A stretch of 64,000 nucleotides of DNA from Candidatus Methylacidiphilales bacterium (GCA_028713655.1 JAQTNW010000010.1:13908-77907); one strand, 5' to 3'; positions 10,301 through 20,435 are shown, counted from the first letter of the stretch. Numbers and translations: made by a program. Notes: a model not told the origin generated them from the letters alone.

Positions 10301-10358
10301 TGAGACCCAGTTCCTTGACAAATCTCTCGCGGTCATTTGAATCAGCCAGCGCTTTCAT
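7314..10358 (-). CDS. addA: UvrD/Rep-family helicase with C-terminal PD-(D/E)XK nuclease (AddA-like subunit)
   Basis: The 1014-aa product has Walker A SAGAGKTTAIV and DEAQDTD (motif II). The C-terminal GVIDLIVVDAEGKCGVVDWKTN is a D...DxK nuclease motif. Confidence 0.8.
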   Translation of the reverse strand: MKALADSNDRERFVKELGLNFCVSASAGAGKTTAIVQRIVALACREEARILRGEPSCLPRLAVVTYGVLAAEELRVRTRQEMFRHLSGDAGRRQQVLGEFNRAYFGTIHSFCLRLLREEGRHLGLPSSVQLLEEDDERLWYRFVETDYAWPETVDPEIPARVLRHYTFEQILKLAREMPPDAAEAIAGRAPARSGPVLDLSGAFEAKTRGKAVETLARHQEHLRQWLKDYESDDGYLELPHYEQGGKEFAEAVRNGFQPYVSWLNTCASHLAALVALCYRDYRVAQGYLTYDDMVAWAKKLLDNKKVLQRLRERDFIVILDEAQDTDSSMFAILTELTRPGAAELYEWPTKTEAAPPRPGSFCFVGDDQQTIYSKRADLAQYHKFVSAFQSGKGGQVLNFSVTMRCPQAVIRAVNTVFPGRLDQPLVHFRRLEPRPDAPEGGVRILNLKAPEDGKVAELFREEARQVSAWMAEQGLKGLGISSWSEAAVLCPRIDWLSVMSSELKTAGLPVRMVSSKEQRSELPGYSWPVALLWVLLHPSDRFELIGVLREIYGIADDELLRVHQERPEGLNLNSAAMCFERTAKALAELRELRGEWLKQQADGIFRLSRFIELLLERMALEKRILAIGEEAEPLQELRRAALIAEAEGVDFLDWVDGLKNELGKSPRIATGGSAEIQLLTSMKAKGLEWPVVVAPGLGRMIGQHRTEYPLIEKLEGRLQAHFNPLTMTEENKTRRQEARDLEFQRLFYVMMTRARRLLVLPDSQGFYKRSTPSFLGLIRREEVDWKDSIGETDFMPEAGIGTERGVEPALDADLIRKAVDSAKQIVRMVLPHKLAAHGDGNEFRVEAGMETVVGGMEYGTWWHEVMEQFPWKSSQGGHGDYLREKCALAPAGFRERGFKEMELFLAGPFYKELLGSESVFLSEIPFSAPLSPEAIMEGVIDLIVVDAEGKCGVVDWKTNRCKPDETEKDFAARLKSIYAAQLSAYGDMLEKRLGRSVTRRILYSTATGQRIEV

Positions 10359-13207
10359 TTCACGCTCTCCCGTTCGTGCGTCAAGGCCGCCTTTGCTTCC
10401 AGAATTTGAAGGTCCACCGGCACTGTCGCCATGGGCAGCATCTCAGTCCTCTTATAGTCATCGAACAAGGCCCCCTTCATGCCAAACCGACAGCTCGCCA
10501 GCAAGCGTGCCGCCAGCGCCAGGCCGCGCCGGGCCGATTCCGCGTGTTCGCCGGTCAGGTTGCACCCGCCGGAAGTCCGCGGGCTCAGGCACTGTACGGA
10601 CACGGTCTTGGCCCCCTGCTCAAGCGCGAGCAATAAATAGCCCGCAAATTGCAGCCCTTCCCCGCGTTCCAATTGCTGCGGCGTGGGTGTCTGGCGGCGG
10701 CTGGTTTTGAAATCCACAATCCAGGCGTCCGACCCGCTCCACTCTGCCCTATTTCGAAGAACCAGATCCATCCTGCCGCGCAATGCCAGAATGCCGCCTT
10801 CCGTCGTGACATGCCCTTCTATAGGCTCTTCCGATTTGACAATTTCCCATCTCCCGGCATCCTGCCGGCACAGCCTCGACAGACACTCGCGAACGGCCCA
10901 GCGGCAGGACTGAAAAACCGTTTCCCGCCAAAGCGTACGCGTTGCGAGAAATTCCTCCCGAAGTTGCCGCTCCACTTCCTGTCGTCGTTTTTCCAATTCC
11001 GCGGCGCCGGGCAGGCCATCCTTCAAACAGCGGCGTATCCACTCATGCGCAAGAATCCCGGTGATCCAGCGTTCGTTGCGCTCAAAATTTTGTTCCTGCG
11101 CGCTTTCCGCGCGAAAGAGCTGGCGAAGGGCAAAGGTGGCCGGATATTCACAGGCTTTCTCCAATCCCGTCACCGACCAGCTCCGGTTCCCACCGCTGCC
11201 GGGCGGATAGCAAAAGCTGTATTCGTCAAACGGAAGCGCCGGATCCATGCGACGGCGGCGCACTTCCGCCAGATGTCTGGCCTCTTTCCCCGCCAATATG
11301 GCATCACAACCGGCCGACAACGTCGGCCTGGCGTCACTCTGAATCCGATCCTCCCAAAGTTTCAAGACGGGTTTGTCTCCGGCCTCGAGCATCAGGCACT
11401 GCAAGAAAAGTTCGTTTGGGTAAAGCGGCTGGACAGGATTCAACGTGTCGAATCCCTGCGCCAGCAGGGCGGCTTCGCCACGGCAATTTTCCAACAGATC
11501 CATGAGCCGTTTCTGTTCCAGCCGCGCGAGATCGAGCGTCGCCAGCAGGCGGCCATAGCCCGGACCCCGCTTTTGATTCAGGCTCCTTCTGAGCCCGTCA
11601 TCCAAAAAGGGATTTTCATCCCTCGAGATCGGCCAAACTCCTTCATTTGAATCCAAAAAAATCAGATGTTTCCATGACTGATAACTTGCTTTCGCTAAAG
11701 TAACCAGCGCCACCTTGGCAAAGGGATGGACGGCTTCTTCATCCCGCGCAAAGCGCGCGGACTCCAGCAACTCATTTACATACTCCAGAAAGGCGCGGCC
11801 CTGGACCCTGCGATCCGCCAGTACGGCATCCAGACGCGACCACAGGGGTTCCAGGCACTCCACGCCGACGCCCAGGCAGTCGCACGCGGCCTGCCATTTT
11901 GTTTTCAGTTCCGCCCAGCCGGCTTCCTGCGGCCATGCGCCCAGGCCTTCCGCCAATTTTCGGGCTGCCTGCAAAACGGGGCCTGCATCCGGGCCGATTT
12001 TCTCCATCAATAACGGCACCCGCCGGGTCGGGCATCCGCCAAAAATATCATGCAGCCCCGCTCTCAAACGGACCGGGTCGGGCAACCTGGCTGCACCCGG
12101 TATTTGCTGCGCGGCCGCCAGCAGCGAAAGAAATTCTTCGACCATTTCCCCGGAGAGATAATATCGGGCCAGGCATTTTTGCAGCACTGCCGAAGCATCC
12201 GGCGGCACACGTCCACCCGCTTCATCCTGCACAGGAATCCCGGCCTCCAGCAATCGTCGCAACAACAGGCGGCCTGTCGGGCTTGACGGGGGCGCCACCA
12301 CGCCGATCCGATCCTCGCGTCCGCAATCCGGAAGCCATTTCAGAACCTGACGTTCCGCAAGATCCACTTGATCTTCCTGGGTGGCGCCTGTCATCAAAAC
12401 CGGCGCCGCCGGAACGGATTCGCCTTCGCCCCGTCGAAACAGATGTTCAACCAACGCCTCGTTGGTGGAGCGATAATCCGAAGCCGGGCAAACATCATGC
12501 CCGACTCCGCAGACGCGCTCCAGCTCCTCGACCCAGGCCATGTCAGGATCTGCGATGGGCAACGGAACATACAATTCAGAACTTGCCGCGGCGCGCAGCG
12601 CAGCTTCCAAGAGCAGTTTTTCAGGATAAAATCCGGCGTCCCACGCCCAAAAGCAAAGGTGGAGCGGGGCGGAAACCGGCTTGCGCGCCCGGGCCAGCAA
12701 GTCCGTGTCGATGGCCGAGGTCCATGCCTTGCTGGCGGTGAGAACCTTCAGCCATCGCCCGATGGGGGACGGAACTTCTCCCATGTCGGTTTCATCGCCG
12801 GACCAACCAGCCCGTCCCAGATCATCCAATGCCTGCAGGCAGGGGCCGGGATTCAAGGCTACGGCGCGCGCCTCGGCGCTGTCATGTTTCAATGCCTCCA
12901 GTTTCAGTAGAAATTCCAGGCTCTCCCGGCCCAGAAGCCGTGTTTCGGAACCTAACAATCGACTCAGTTCCTTTCTCAGCGAACCTGCGGTAAGAAAACG
13001 GATTCCGAGCAGGGACAAGCCTTCCAACCCCGCCCGGCGGCGTATCCATGCGGCCTGAGCCGTGTCGGCGGCGACCAGCCATGCCTCCTCCCCTGCGAGA
13101 CAAACCGACGCCTGCGCTTGCAGCCAGTCCTTCAAACCGCCTTGCCATGCGTCCTCCGCAAAGCGAAACAGCCGGATGGCATGGTGTGAGGAAGGTTTAG
13201 CCTGCAT
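10355..13207 (-). CDS. addB: PD-(D/E)XK nuclease family protein (AddB-like partner subunit, no Walker A seen)
   Basis: The 950-aa product carries the C-terminal nuclease motif RGRMDLVL...AWIVDFKTSR. Its stop overlaps the addA start by 4 nt, which indicates one operon. Confidence 0.6.
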   Translation of the reverse strand: MQAKPSSHHAIRLFRFAEDAWQGGLKDWLQAQASVCLAGEEAWLVAADTAQAAWIRRRAGLEGLSLLGIRFLTAGSLRKELSRLLGSETRLLGRESLEFLLKLEALKHDSAEARAVALNPGPCLQALDDLGRAGWSGDETDMGEVPSPIGRWLKVLTASKAWTSAIDTDLLARARKPVSAPLHLCFWAWDAGFYPEKLLLEAALRAAASSELYVPLPIADPDMAWVEELERVCGVGHDVCPASDYRSTNEALVEHLFRRGEGESVPAAPVLMTGATQEDQVDLAERQVLKWLPDCGREDRIGVVAPPSSPTGRLLLRRLLEAGIPVQDEAGGRVPPDASAVLQKCLARYYLSGEMVEEFLSLLAAAQQIPGAARLPDPVRLRAGLHDIFGGCPTRRVPLLMEKIGPDAGPVLQAARKLAEGLGAWPQEAGWAELKTKWQAACDCLGVGVECLEPLWSRLDAVLADRRVQGRAFLEYVNELLESARFARDEEAVHPFAKVALVTLAKASYQSWKHLIFLDSNEGVWPISRDENPFLDDGLRRSLNQKRGPGYGRLLATLDLARLEQKRLMDLLENCRGEAALLAQGFDTLNPVQPLYPNELFLQCLMLEAGDKPVLKLWEDRIQSDARPTLSAGCDAILAGKEARHLAEVRRRRMDPALPFDEYSFCYPPGSGGNRSWSVTGLEKACEYPATFALRQLFRAESAQEQNFERNERWITGILAHEWIRRCLKDGLPGAAELEKRRQEVERQLREEFLATRTLWRETVFQSCRWAVRECLSRLCRQDAGRWEIVKSEEPIEGHVTTEGGILALRGRMDLVLRNRAEWSGSDAWIVDFKTSRRQTPTPQQLERGEGLQFAGYLLLALEQGAKTVSVQCLSPRTSGGCNLTGEHAESARRGLALAARLLASCRFGMKGALFDDYKRTEMLPMATVPVDLQILEAKAALTHERESVK

Positions 13208-13478
13208 ATTTCATACTCATTTTAATGATCAACCAGTTAGTACCGTGGCACAACAGTGGAAAGACTCGCACTGAGCCTATGCAGGCTACTGCATGATTTA
13301 ATGCCACATCACCCACGCTGTCAAAACCCGTTCTTTCCGGAATAAAACCTGTTTTGCCTCATTGAGAGGAGCCGGGCAAAGACAATTTAAAGTGAATACG
13401 CAAGCACATGGATCGCCACGGCCCAGCTCCGACATGCGTCGCGAGTGTTCCAGATGGGCCTCCTAATGAACAGATGTG

Positions 13479-13711
13479 ACAAGATGTTGAAAGATAGAAT
13501 GTTAGCTAAAACGCCAACGGCGTTTCGTCCTTCAGCCCAGGGTTGATCCGAGCTTGTCGAGGATCTACCCTGGGTAAAATCAAAAAATCATCCCGAACCC
13601 TGAAAGTGGTTCCGGCGATTGCATGAAACAGACGCTACCCCGAAAGCTTTCGGGGTAGGCCTCCAGTTCATTCCCGCTCAAAACACCTTCTTGAAAGGTT
13701 TGGGTTCTCGC
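13479..13711. repeat. Copy A of a ~102-bp repeat, interrupted by a 131-bp nested element (13536-13666)
   Basis: The arms 13479-13535 and 13667-13711 align to the reverse complement of 22584-22685. The left arm has one mismatch and the right arm a few. The intervening 131 bp is absent from the other copy. Confidence 0.85.
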
Positions 13712-13893
13712 GATGACGAACAGCCCAGGTCAGCATGCATTGTTGGCACAAGACCTCACGCGCAGCATCATTGCAAGGAGTCCCGATCCCACCGCCTTTG
13801 GCGGGTATCGGGACGACGCGGCAATCCAGAATTTTATCCCGCAGTTTTTGCAAGCTATTTAGATAACGCCACATTAGCATTTTCCGGAAGTTG

Positions 13894-14826
13894 ATGAAAA
13901 CATCATCCCAGTTCCATTCGCTCACTCCGGACGAATATGCAGGGCTTCAAGCAGTCGAAACCAACGCCTTCCGCCTGCTCACAGGGCCAGGCGGTTGGGC
14001 CGAATATTATGCCGGCACCGTACTTCTTTCCGCGACCGCCAAGCCGGACTTTTGGCCCTTGAAAAGCGCCGCCCTGGATTTGTGCCAGGCCCTGAAATTG
14101 AGCGTCGGCCCGGTCTTTGGCCGGCTCCTGGCCAAAACCCAGTCCGGCCAAACAGCCCCGGAACAGCTCGACGGCCCGCCGGATGCCCCCACCAGCTTCA
14201 ATGTCTTGGAATCGGGGCTCCGCTTTAAAATCGATCTCAGCGCGGGATACTCCATCGGTCTGTTCATCGATCAAACTCAAAACCGCCGTTATTTACAAAG
14301 GCTCCGGCCCCGGCGCCTTCTGAACTGCTTTTCCTATACCTGCGCCTTTTCCGTCGCCGCCGCCGCACTTGGCGCCGAAACAACCAGCGTGGATATTTCC
14401 AAAAAAGCCCTCGAATGGGGCCGCTCCAATTTCGAGCTCAACGGCATCGAACCTGCCGGGCATCGTTTCTTTGCGGATGATGTGCGGGAAGCCCTCGCGC
14501 GTCTGGCTCGGAGAAAAGAACGCTTCGATTGCATCATCCTGGACCCTCCCACCTTCGCCCGATCCCACAAGGGAAAAGTCTTCCAGGTCGAAGATGAAAT
14601 GGAGGCGTTGATCCGGCAGGCGCTGGCCTGCCTTTCTTCCGGCGGCTCGCTGCTGGCCTCGACCAATTCCCGCCAGATCAACCAGGGCGCGCTCCTGCCC
14701 ATGGCCAGATCAGCTCTTGCAACTTGTCAGATATCCGCATCATTCCACCAGGAACCGCCGCCGCCCGGGTTCCCGCCATCCGCCATGCCCGCAACGCTGT
14801 GGTTGCTGGCCAGGGAAGGGAAATGA
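13894..14826 (+). CDS. Class I SAM-dependent rRNA methyltransferase (RlmI/RlmK-like catalytic domain)
   Basis: The product contains LLNCFSYTCAFSVAAA, SVDISKKALEWGRSNFELNG and FDCIILDPPTFA, the last being the DPP(T/S)F motif. I prefer the ATG at 13894 to the TTG at 13891. Confidence 0.7.
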   Translation: MKTSSQFHSLTPDEYAGLQAVETNAFRLLTGPGGWAEYYAGTVLLSATAKPDFWPLKSAALDLCQALKLSVGPVFGRLLAKTQSGQTAPEQLDGPPDAPTSFNVLESGLRFKIDLSAGYSIGLFIDQTQNRRYLQRLRPRRLLNCFSYTCAFSVAAAALGAETTSVDISKKALEWGRSNFELNGIEPAGHRFFADDVREALARLARRKERFDCIILDPPTFARSHKGKVFQVEDEMEALIRQALACLSSGGSLLASTNSRQINQGALLPMARSALATCQISASFHQEPPPPGFPPSAMPATLWLLAREGK

Positions 14827-14980
14827 CAACCCCGACAGTCATCGCAAGTGGAATGAGCACACATGGATCGCCACGGCCAGAAACAACACACCCCGAAGCG
14901 GTCGTCGCGGGGACCTTTCCGCCCCTCTGAATAGAGGGGATTGCGGTTTGACATCGGCTTTAAATAGGCAAAAATAAGGC

Positions 14981-15508
14981 ATGTTCGATCTCGTTGACAG
15001 CGTGGCAATGAGAAGGATTTTTTGGGATTATTTGCAAATCGTCCTTCTGCATCCCGAATCGGCCCGTATCTTCATCATCGCCTTTTTGACCGCCTTTCTT
15101 TCCATCACGATCTGCTTGGCCCAGGTACATAGCCTGGGCAATGCGGCACGCGGCTCTCTCTTTGCGGGGCTGTTCGTTACTCTGATCTCCTCCATCGGCC
15201 TGCTTGGAACCGCAACCTTGGCTAACAGATACGTCCTGCCGCTCGTCAATAACCCGGACTTGAACATCACCATTGTCAACGGCTGCGTGATTGCCGCGTT
15301 CCTGCTCATGATCGTTCCCTTCACCCGCGCCTTATTCCGCGCAAGTTATGCAACCAGCCTCGGCTCCTGGATTATTGCCCTCCTTGTGGCGCTCGTGCTG
15401 GTTTACGGCGTGCATACCATTGTCAAGCCGCGGTACAATGACAAGCCCGCGACGCCGGCTGCTGTTGAAAAAAATCTCGAGGACGCCAAAAAGAAAATCC
15501 ATTTTTGA
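14981..15508 (+). CDS. Hypothetical integral membrane protein (about 4 TM segments)
   Basis: The 175-aa product has four long hydrophobic segments. I recognise no family. Confidence 0.45.
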   Translation: MFDLVDSVAMRRIFWDYLQIVLLHPESARIFIIAFLTAFLSITICLAQVHSLGNAARGSLFAGLFVTLISSIGLLGTATLANRYVLPLVNNPDLNITIVNGCVIAAFLLMIVPFTRALFRASYATSLGSWIIALLVALVLVYGVHTIVKPRYNDKPATPAAVEKNLEDAKKKIHF

Positions 15509-15527
15509 CCCCCTTGTTGGCTTCCTA

Positions 15528-16724
15528 CTAACCCGCACTTGTGAGGGTCAGGCGAAGAAGCTCCGCAGGGGCGCCTATCCGGCACGGGAACCAGTCGCCA
15601 CAGCCATTCGACACCACAAGTGAAGAGCGCTCCTTTTGATAAAGGCCGCTCCAATACCTGAAAAACAACGGCCCGCATCCCACATTCCCAAACATCAACT
15701 GGCCCCCATGCGTATGGCCTGACAACACCAGGTCGGCGCTTCCCAAGGCGGAATCAAAAAGATGGGGATGATGCGCCAGAAGAATGCGGACATCCGTCTT
15801 TTCCCGTACTGCCGGGAAAAGCCGATCCATTCGCACCTCTTCCCTCCTGTAATGGCTTCCAAACCAAGGAAGGCCCGCCATGTACAAGTTGCAACCCCGG
15901 ATCTGGAGCACCTTGTTGGAATTATGAAGATAAGGCAGCCCGGCTTTGGCGCAGGCGCCCGGCAGCGCGCCCTGGCCCGCAAAATAGTCGTGGTTGCCTT
16001 CGCATATAAAGATCCCGTAACGGGACTCAACGCGCTTGATGCAAGCCATGGCCGCCGGAAGTTCCGTCACCGAATCGTTAATCAAGTCGCCCGTCACAAC
16101 CACCAGGTCCGATTTGAGTTCGTTGGCCGTGTCCGATATGACACGCAATTTTTCGGGGCCGCAAAAAAGCCCCGAGTGAAGATCGCTCATGTGGGTGATG
16201 GTGAAGCCCTCCATCGCCGCCGGAAGGCCGGGGACGGGAATTTTCAACTCGCGCACGCGAAGATCGTTGCGGGTGATTGTACCATGAACGCCGGCGCCGA
16301 GGGCCGCTGCAGGCGCCGCGCCAAAGGTGGCGTAATAAAGAAACTTGCGGCGTGTAATCCCTTCCGAAAGCGCCGCTTTATCACAGGCGGCACGTCCGGA
16401 TTTTTCACGGCAAAAATCCCTGATCTTGAGCGCCAGCCAAGCCAGCAGGGCGATGACCGCAATCGGCGGCATCAAAATGAGGTTCCAAAACATTCCGATC
16501 GCAAACTCAGCATAAAACCAGTGCTGCAAAAAGGGCCGCCAGCCCGGCGGCGCGCCAAGCTGAAGCGCCAAAAATCCGATTACAGCCACAAACCATATCC
16601 ACAAGCCAATCCTCACCTGCGGCGTGAGCAGGGAAAGGCGCCGAAGGACGGAGAGAGTCAAAAAACAGGCCAACAAATTAACAAACGGAAAATAAAGCAG
16701 GATCGCGAGAATGAAGACTCTCAT
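15528..16724 (-). CDS. Membrane-anchored metallophosphoesterase
   Basis: Several N-terminal TM helices are followed by the calcineurin-like motifs HMSDLH, GDLIND, GNHD and GHTHGG. Confidence 0.75.
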   Translation of the reverse strand: MRVFILAILLYFPFVNLLACFLTLSVLRRLSLLTPQVRIGLWIWFVAVIGFLALQLGAPPGWRPFLQHWFYAEFAIGMFWNLILMPPIAVIALLAWLALKIRDFCREKSGRAACDKAALSEGITRRKFLYYATFGAAPAAALGAGVHGTITRNDLRVRELKIPVPGLPAAMEGFTITHMSDLHSGLFCGPEKLRVISDTANELKSDLVVVTGDLINDSVTELPAAMACIKRVESRYGIFICEGNHDYFAGQGALPGACAKAGLPYLHNSNKVLQIRGCNLYMAGLPWFGSHYRREEVRMDRLFPAVREKTDVRILLAHHPHLFDSALGSADLVLSGHTHGGQLMFGNVGCGPLFFRYWSGLYQKERSSLVVSNGCGDWFPCRIGAPAELLRLTLTSAG

Positions 16725-16764
16725 GGCAAACCGCCCGACCCGGCCCAGTATCTGTTGGTTGAGT

Positions 16765-18951
16765 TCAATTCCGCCTCACATCGCCTGCTGAAACTTTCAA
16801 TTCATGCGCCGCCTGCGCTTCCGGTGCTTTGGCTGCCTGGCTGTCGGCCTTCAACGGTGCAAAAAAGATCGGAATGATCAGGATCGCCATGATGTTGGTC
16901 ACCTTGATCATGGGATTGATCGCGGGCCCAGCCGTGTCCTTATAGGGGTCGCCCACCGTGTCTCCGGTCACCGAAGCCGCATGGGCGGGTGATCCCTTGC
17001 CTCCAAAGTGGCCTTCCTCGATATATTTTTTGGCATTGTCCCAGGCGCCGCCGCTGGAGGTCATGGCAATGGCGACAAACAGTCCGGTCACGATGGTTCC
17101 CACCAACAATCCACCCAGAACGACAGGGCCTAACACATGATTAAATCCAGCTACGACCACAACCATGACTATGGGAAGCAAAGCGGGTAAAATCATTTCG
17201 CGCAGCGCAGCCTTGGTCACGATGTCCACGCAAGTCCCGTAATCGGCCTTGACCTTGCCCGTCAAAATGCCGGGGCTTTCCGCAAGTTGCCGGCGCACTT
17301 CCCGCACCACGGCGCCCGCAGCCTTCCCGACGGCATCCATGCTGTGCGCGGTGAAGACAAACGGCAGCAGGCCGCCCAGGAACAGCCCGATAATCACTTT
17401 CGGTTGCTCCAGTGAAAATACAAAAACCTCGCCCGGCACATAAATCTGCAATTCGTGGACATAGGCGCCGAACAGCACCAGCGCCGCCAGACCGGCCGAG
17501 GCGATGGCATACCCCTTGGTCACTGCTTTCATGGTGTTGCCGACCGCGTCCAGTTCGTCCGTGATTGCCCGCACTTTCTTCGGCAGCTTGGCCATCACGG
17601 CGATGCCTCCCGCGTTGTCGGTAATGGGGCCGAATGCGTCCAGCGAAATGATGATCCCGGCCATGCTCAACATGGCCATGACCGCAATGGCGATGCCGTA
17701 AAGCCCGGCCAGTTGGTACGTGCAAAGAATGGCGATGCCGATGCAGCCGACGGGCAGCGCCGTGGCATGCTGGCCCACCGCCAGCCCGGCAATAATATTG
17801 GTGGCATGGCCCGTTTCAGACGCTTCGGCGATTTTTTGAACAGGCCGGTGTTCGGTCGCCGTATAATAATTGGTGATCACGACGACCACAAAGCTCATCA
17901 CCAGTCCGGCCAGGGCCGAAAAATAGATCGACCACGCGCTGCGCTGCGCACCTCCAAGCTCAAACGAAGCCGGAAACAGGGCGAGCGTCACCGGCAACAG
18001 CAATACCGCTGTGACAACTGCGCTGACCAGCACCCCTCCGCGCAACAGGCGGGCGGGACGGTCATTTTTCAAATTCACATACAGAATCCCGGCAATCCCG
18101 CCTATCACTGAAATTGCGGAAATAATGAACGGACACGCGATGGCGGCCTGCTGAAGGACGCTGCCGATCCCCGCTTTTTCACCCAGCATCAAGTACGCCG
18201 TCAGCACGGCGCCAATCAGACTAACCACATAGGTCTCAAACACATCCGCCGCCATGCCGGCGCAATCGCCCACATTATCACCCACGTTGTCGGCAATTGT
18301 AGCCGGGTTGCGCGGATCGTCCTCGTCCAGATTGCTTTCGATTTTGCCCACCAGATCCGCCCCCACATCCGCGGCCTTGGTATAAATACCGCCGCCCAAA
18401 CGGGCGAAAACACTGATGAGGCTGCTGCCCAAAGCCAGGCCCACGAGGCTGTTGATCGCCTCTGGAATGCCGAGAAAATGTGTAACCGTCAGATAAAAAA
18501 CACCCACGCTCAACAGCGCAAGGCCGACGACGAGCATGCCCGTGACCGCTCCACCGCTAAAGGCGACACGAAGCGCCTTGGCGCGGCTGGTCTGCGCGGC
18601 AAAGGTTGTGCGAACGTTCGCGATCACAGCAACGCGCATGCCCAGGTACCCCGCAAGCAGGCTGCACGCCGCACCCAGCAAAAAGCCCAGGCTGACGACG
18701 ATATCTTTGCGCAAGATCCAGAGCAGAATAAAAAGTATGACGGATATCACACTGATGGTTGCCACTTGGCGGTTCAGATAAGCCCGCGCACCCTGCTGGA
18801 TGGCCAGCGCAATTTCGCACATGCGTTTGTTGCCCGGCTCTTGCTTGCGCACCCAGCAAATCAAGGCAAGCGCAAAGGCCAAGCCGATGAAAGACGCCAC
18901 AAGTGAAATCTGCACTCCGTATGCTCCAAAATCCTGCAATATTGAACCCAT
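16765..18951 (-). CDS. hppA: Membrane-bound proton-translocating pyrophosphatase, probably K+-independent type
   Basis: The 728-aa product contains [18 protein letters not shown] and [22 protein letters not shown]. The [10 protein letters not shown] motif has Lys where K+-dependent enzymes have Ala, according to the A/K rule as I recall it. Confidence 0.9.
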   Translation of the reverse strand: MGSILQDFGAYGVQISLVASFIGLAFALALICWVRKQEPGNKRMCEIALAIQQGARAYLNRQVATISVISVILFILLWILRKDIVVSLGFLLGAACSLLAGYLGMRVAVIANVRTTFAAQTSRAKALRVAFSGGAVTGMLVVGLALLSVGVFYLTVTHFLGIPEAINSLVGLALGSSLISVFARLGGGIYTKAADVGADLVGKIESNLDEDDPRNPATIADNVGDNVGDCAGMAADVFETYVVSLIGAVLTAYLMLGEKAGIGSVLQQAAIACPFIISAISVIGGIAGILYVNLKNDRPARLLRGGVLVSAVVTAVLLLPVTLALFPASFELGGAQRSAWSIYFSALAGLVMSFVVVVITNYYTATEHRPVQKIAEASETGHATNIIAGLAVGQHATALPVGCIGIAILCTYQLAGLYGIAIAVMAMLSMAGIIISLDAFGPITDNAGGIAVMAKLPKKVRAITDELDAVGNTMKAVTKGYAIASAGLAALVLFGAYVHELQIYVPGEVFVFSLEQPKVIIGLFLGGLLPFVFTAHSMDAVGKAAGAVVREVRRQLAESPGILTGKVKADYGTCVDIVTKAALREMILPALLPIVMVVVVAGFNHVLGPVVLGGLLVGTIVTGLFVAIAMTSSGGAWDNAKKYIEEGHFGGKGSPAHAASVTGDTVGDPYKDTAGPAINPMIKVTNIMAILIIPIFFAPLKADSQAAKAPEAQAAHELKVSAGDVRRN

Positions 18952-19111
18952 AAGTAATATTTTCCTAAATAAACGGTTTCAGCCCGGTATGCCGTAAACG
19001 GCAATTATGCGGGTGGATTAAGTTATGGTTTCAGCATATCCGCGCAACTTTTTTTTAGGCACTATATTCAGTCTCTTTATACCCCCATTAACCCGGAACC
19101 TTCACCCGATT

Positions 19112-20179
19112 TCACCCTTCCAATCCCACGGATTGGCACAATACCTTGAACGACCCCCCCGCGCCAGTCTCATCGGTCAACTGCCGGATGCGCAACATCT
19201 CATCCACCGTCTCGCTCGCAGTTGAGACATGCGCTTTGATAAAGTCTCGCTGGGTGGTGTAAAATTCCGTCTGGAACCCCTCCGCCTCACCCCAATTTAT
19301 GAGATCGGTAAAATTCACATCCGCCGTCAAATCCTGCCTTCCAAACCTCTGATAAACCTGGAGGCCCTGCAAAACCTGATGCTGAAAATAGGCGCGTATC
19401 GTGCCGGACGGGCGGCGCTCATACAAATCTCCGGCCAATTCACCGTAATCAACGGTCAAAATCGCCCCGCACTTCAACAATCCCGCCCACCCCGACAGCC
19501 AACTGCGGTACGAGCCATGAAGTTCACAGCGCTGGCCTTCCACCGGATTGGCCAGGGTGGAAAAAATGGAGAATTGGCCCGGGTCCAGGCGTTCCGGGCC
19601 AAAATCCACCAGTTGTTCCCGGACCACATCGCCCGCCAACTCCAGAACAACTTCCTTCCAGGCCCCGTTTTTCCAAACAATCTGGATGCAAGGAAAGGCA
19701 TCCACGAATTCATTCGAATAAATCAAGGCCTTGCCTCCGCATTTTTCCAGCGCCTGCTCAATGGAATCATGCCAGGAGCAGCGGAATCCGCGCAATCTGC
19801 GGCGCTGCTTTGCCCGCAGGGAAGGCGACATCTCAACCAAGTGGACATGTGTAAACCAGGACCTCCATAGCGGCATTGAGCGGAGTACATTTCGCGCCAT
19901 GGCGCCTGTTCCGGCCCCCACTTCTATAATATGCCAGCTTTTGTGGCCAAAAACGCGGGGCGCATTTTCTTCAAGCCAGCGCGCAATGGCCCAAGCCAAA
20001 ACCGGATGAATGGTGGCCGATGTGGAGAAGTCGCCCCGGGGCCCGACATTCTTCACGGCGCTGGTATAATAACCGAAGTGAGGGTCGCCCAGCGCCGCTT
20101 CCATGAAAGTTTCAAACGAAACTTTACCCCCCTTAGCCTTCAACCAGTCCCGAAAATCCGGCATGGCCAAAGCCTGCAC
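19112..20179 (-). CDS. SAM-dependent methyltransferase, MidA/NDUFAF7 (DUF185) family
   Basis: The product contains PHFGYYT and GPRGDFSTSATIHPVLAWAIARW, plus the SAM motif IIEVGAGTGAMA. Confidence 0.75.
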   Translation of the reverse strand: MQALAMPDFRDWLKAKGGKVSFETFMEAALGDPHFGYYTSAVKNVGPRGDFSTSATIHPVLAWAIARWLEENAPRVFGHKSWHIIEVGAGTGAMARNVLRSMPLWRSWFTHVHLVEMSPSLRAKQRRRLRGFRCSWHDSIEQALEKCGGKALIYSNEFVDAFPCIQIVWKNGAWKEVVLELAGDVVREQLVDFGPERLDPGQFSIFSTLANPVEGQRCELHGSYRSWLSGWAGLLKCGAILTVDYGELAGDLYERRPSGTIRAYFQHQVLQGLQVYQRFGRQDLTADVNFTDLINWGEAEGFQTEFYTTQRDFIKAHVSTASETVDEMLRIRQLTDETGAGGSFKVLCQSVGLEG

Positions 20180-20255
20180 TATTCACCAAAAACAATCAAA
20201 TACCCTGCAAAATCTCTCGCACAGCAACCCCCGGATGTTAAATTCACGGCAGGAT

Positions 20256-20435
20256 ATGGAACCGAACAAACATAAAAATAATCTGGCCACCGTCCTGACT
20301 TTTGCAGTCGGGACCGTGGTGGTTACTCTGACCGCAACCCTGCTGGCACAATTTTTTCTGAGCAAATCAGAGGAACATTCGGCGCGGCTCGCCAGCGGCG
20401 AATCGGATTACGAGCGCAAACACCCTTATTCGTAA
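20256..20435 (+). CDS. Possible small single-pass membrane protein
   Basis: The 59-aa product has one hydrophobic helix, LATVLTFAVGTVVVTLTATLLAQFF. The upstream part of the tracked ORF (from 20103) overlaps the MidA gene in antisense. Support is weak. Confidence 0.25.
   Translation: MEPNKHKNNLATVLTFAVGTVVVTLTATLLAQFFLSKSEEHSARLASGESDYERKHPYS

Noticed and set aside
10649-12741. Plus-strand ORFs of 333 and 280 aa inside the addB region, plus 7293-8216 (307 aa) and 43612-44616 (334 aa).
   Set aside because: They are antisense to long genes that have recognisable helicase/nuclease or GlnD motifs. Their composition is a high-GC artefact.
15762-16877. A 371-aa plus-strand ORF.
   Set aside because: It is antisense to the metallophosphoesterase gene and the 3' end of hppA. 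It is an Arg-rich shadow frame.
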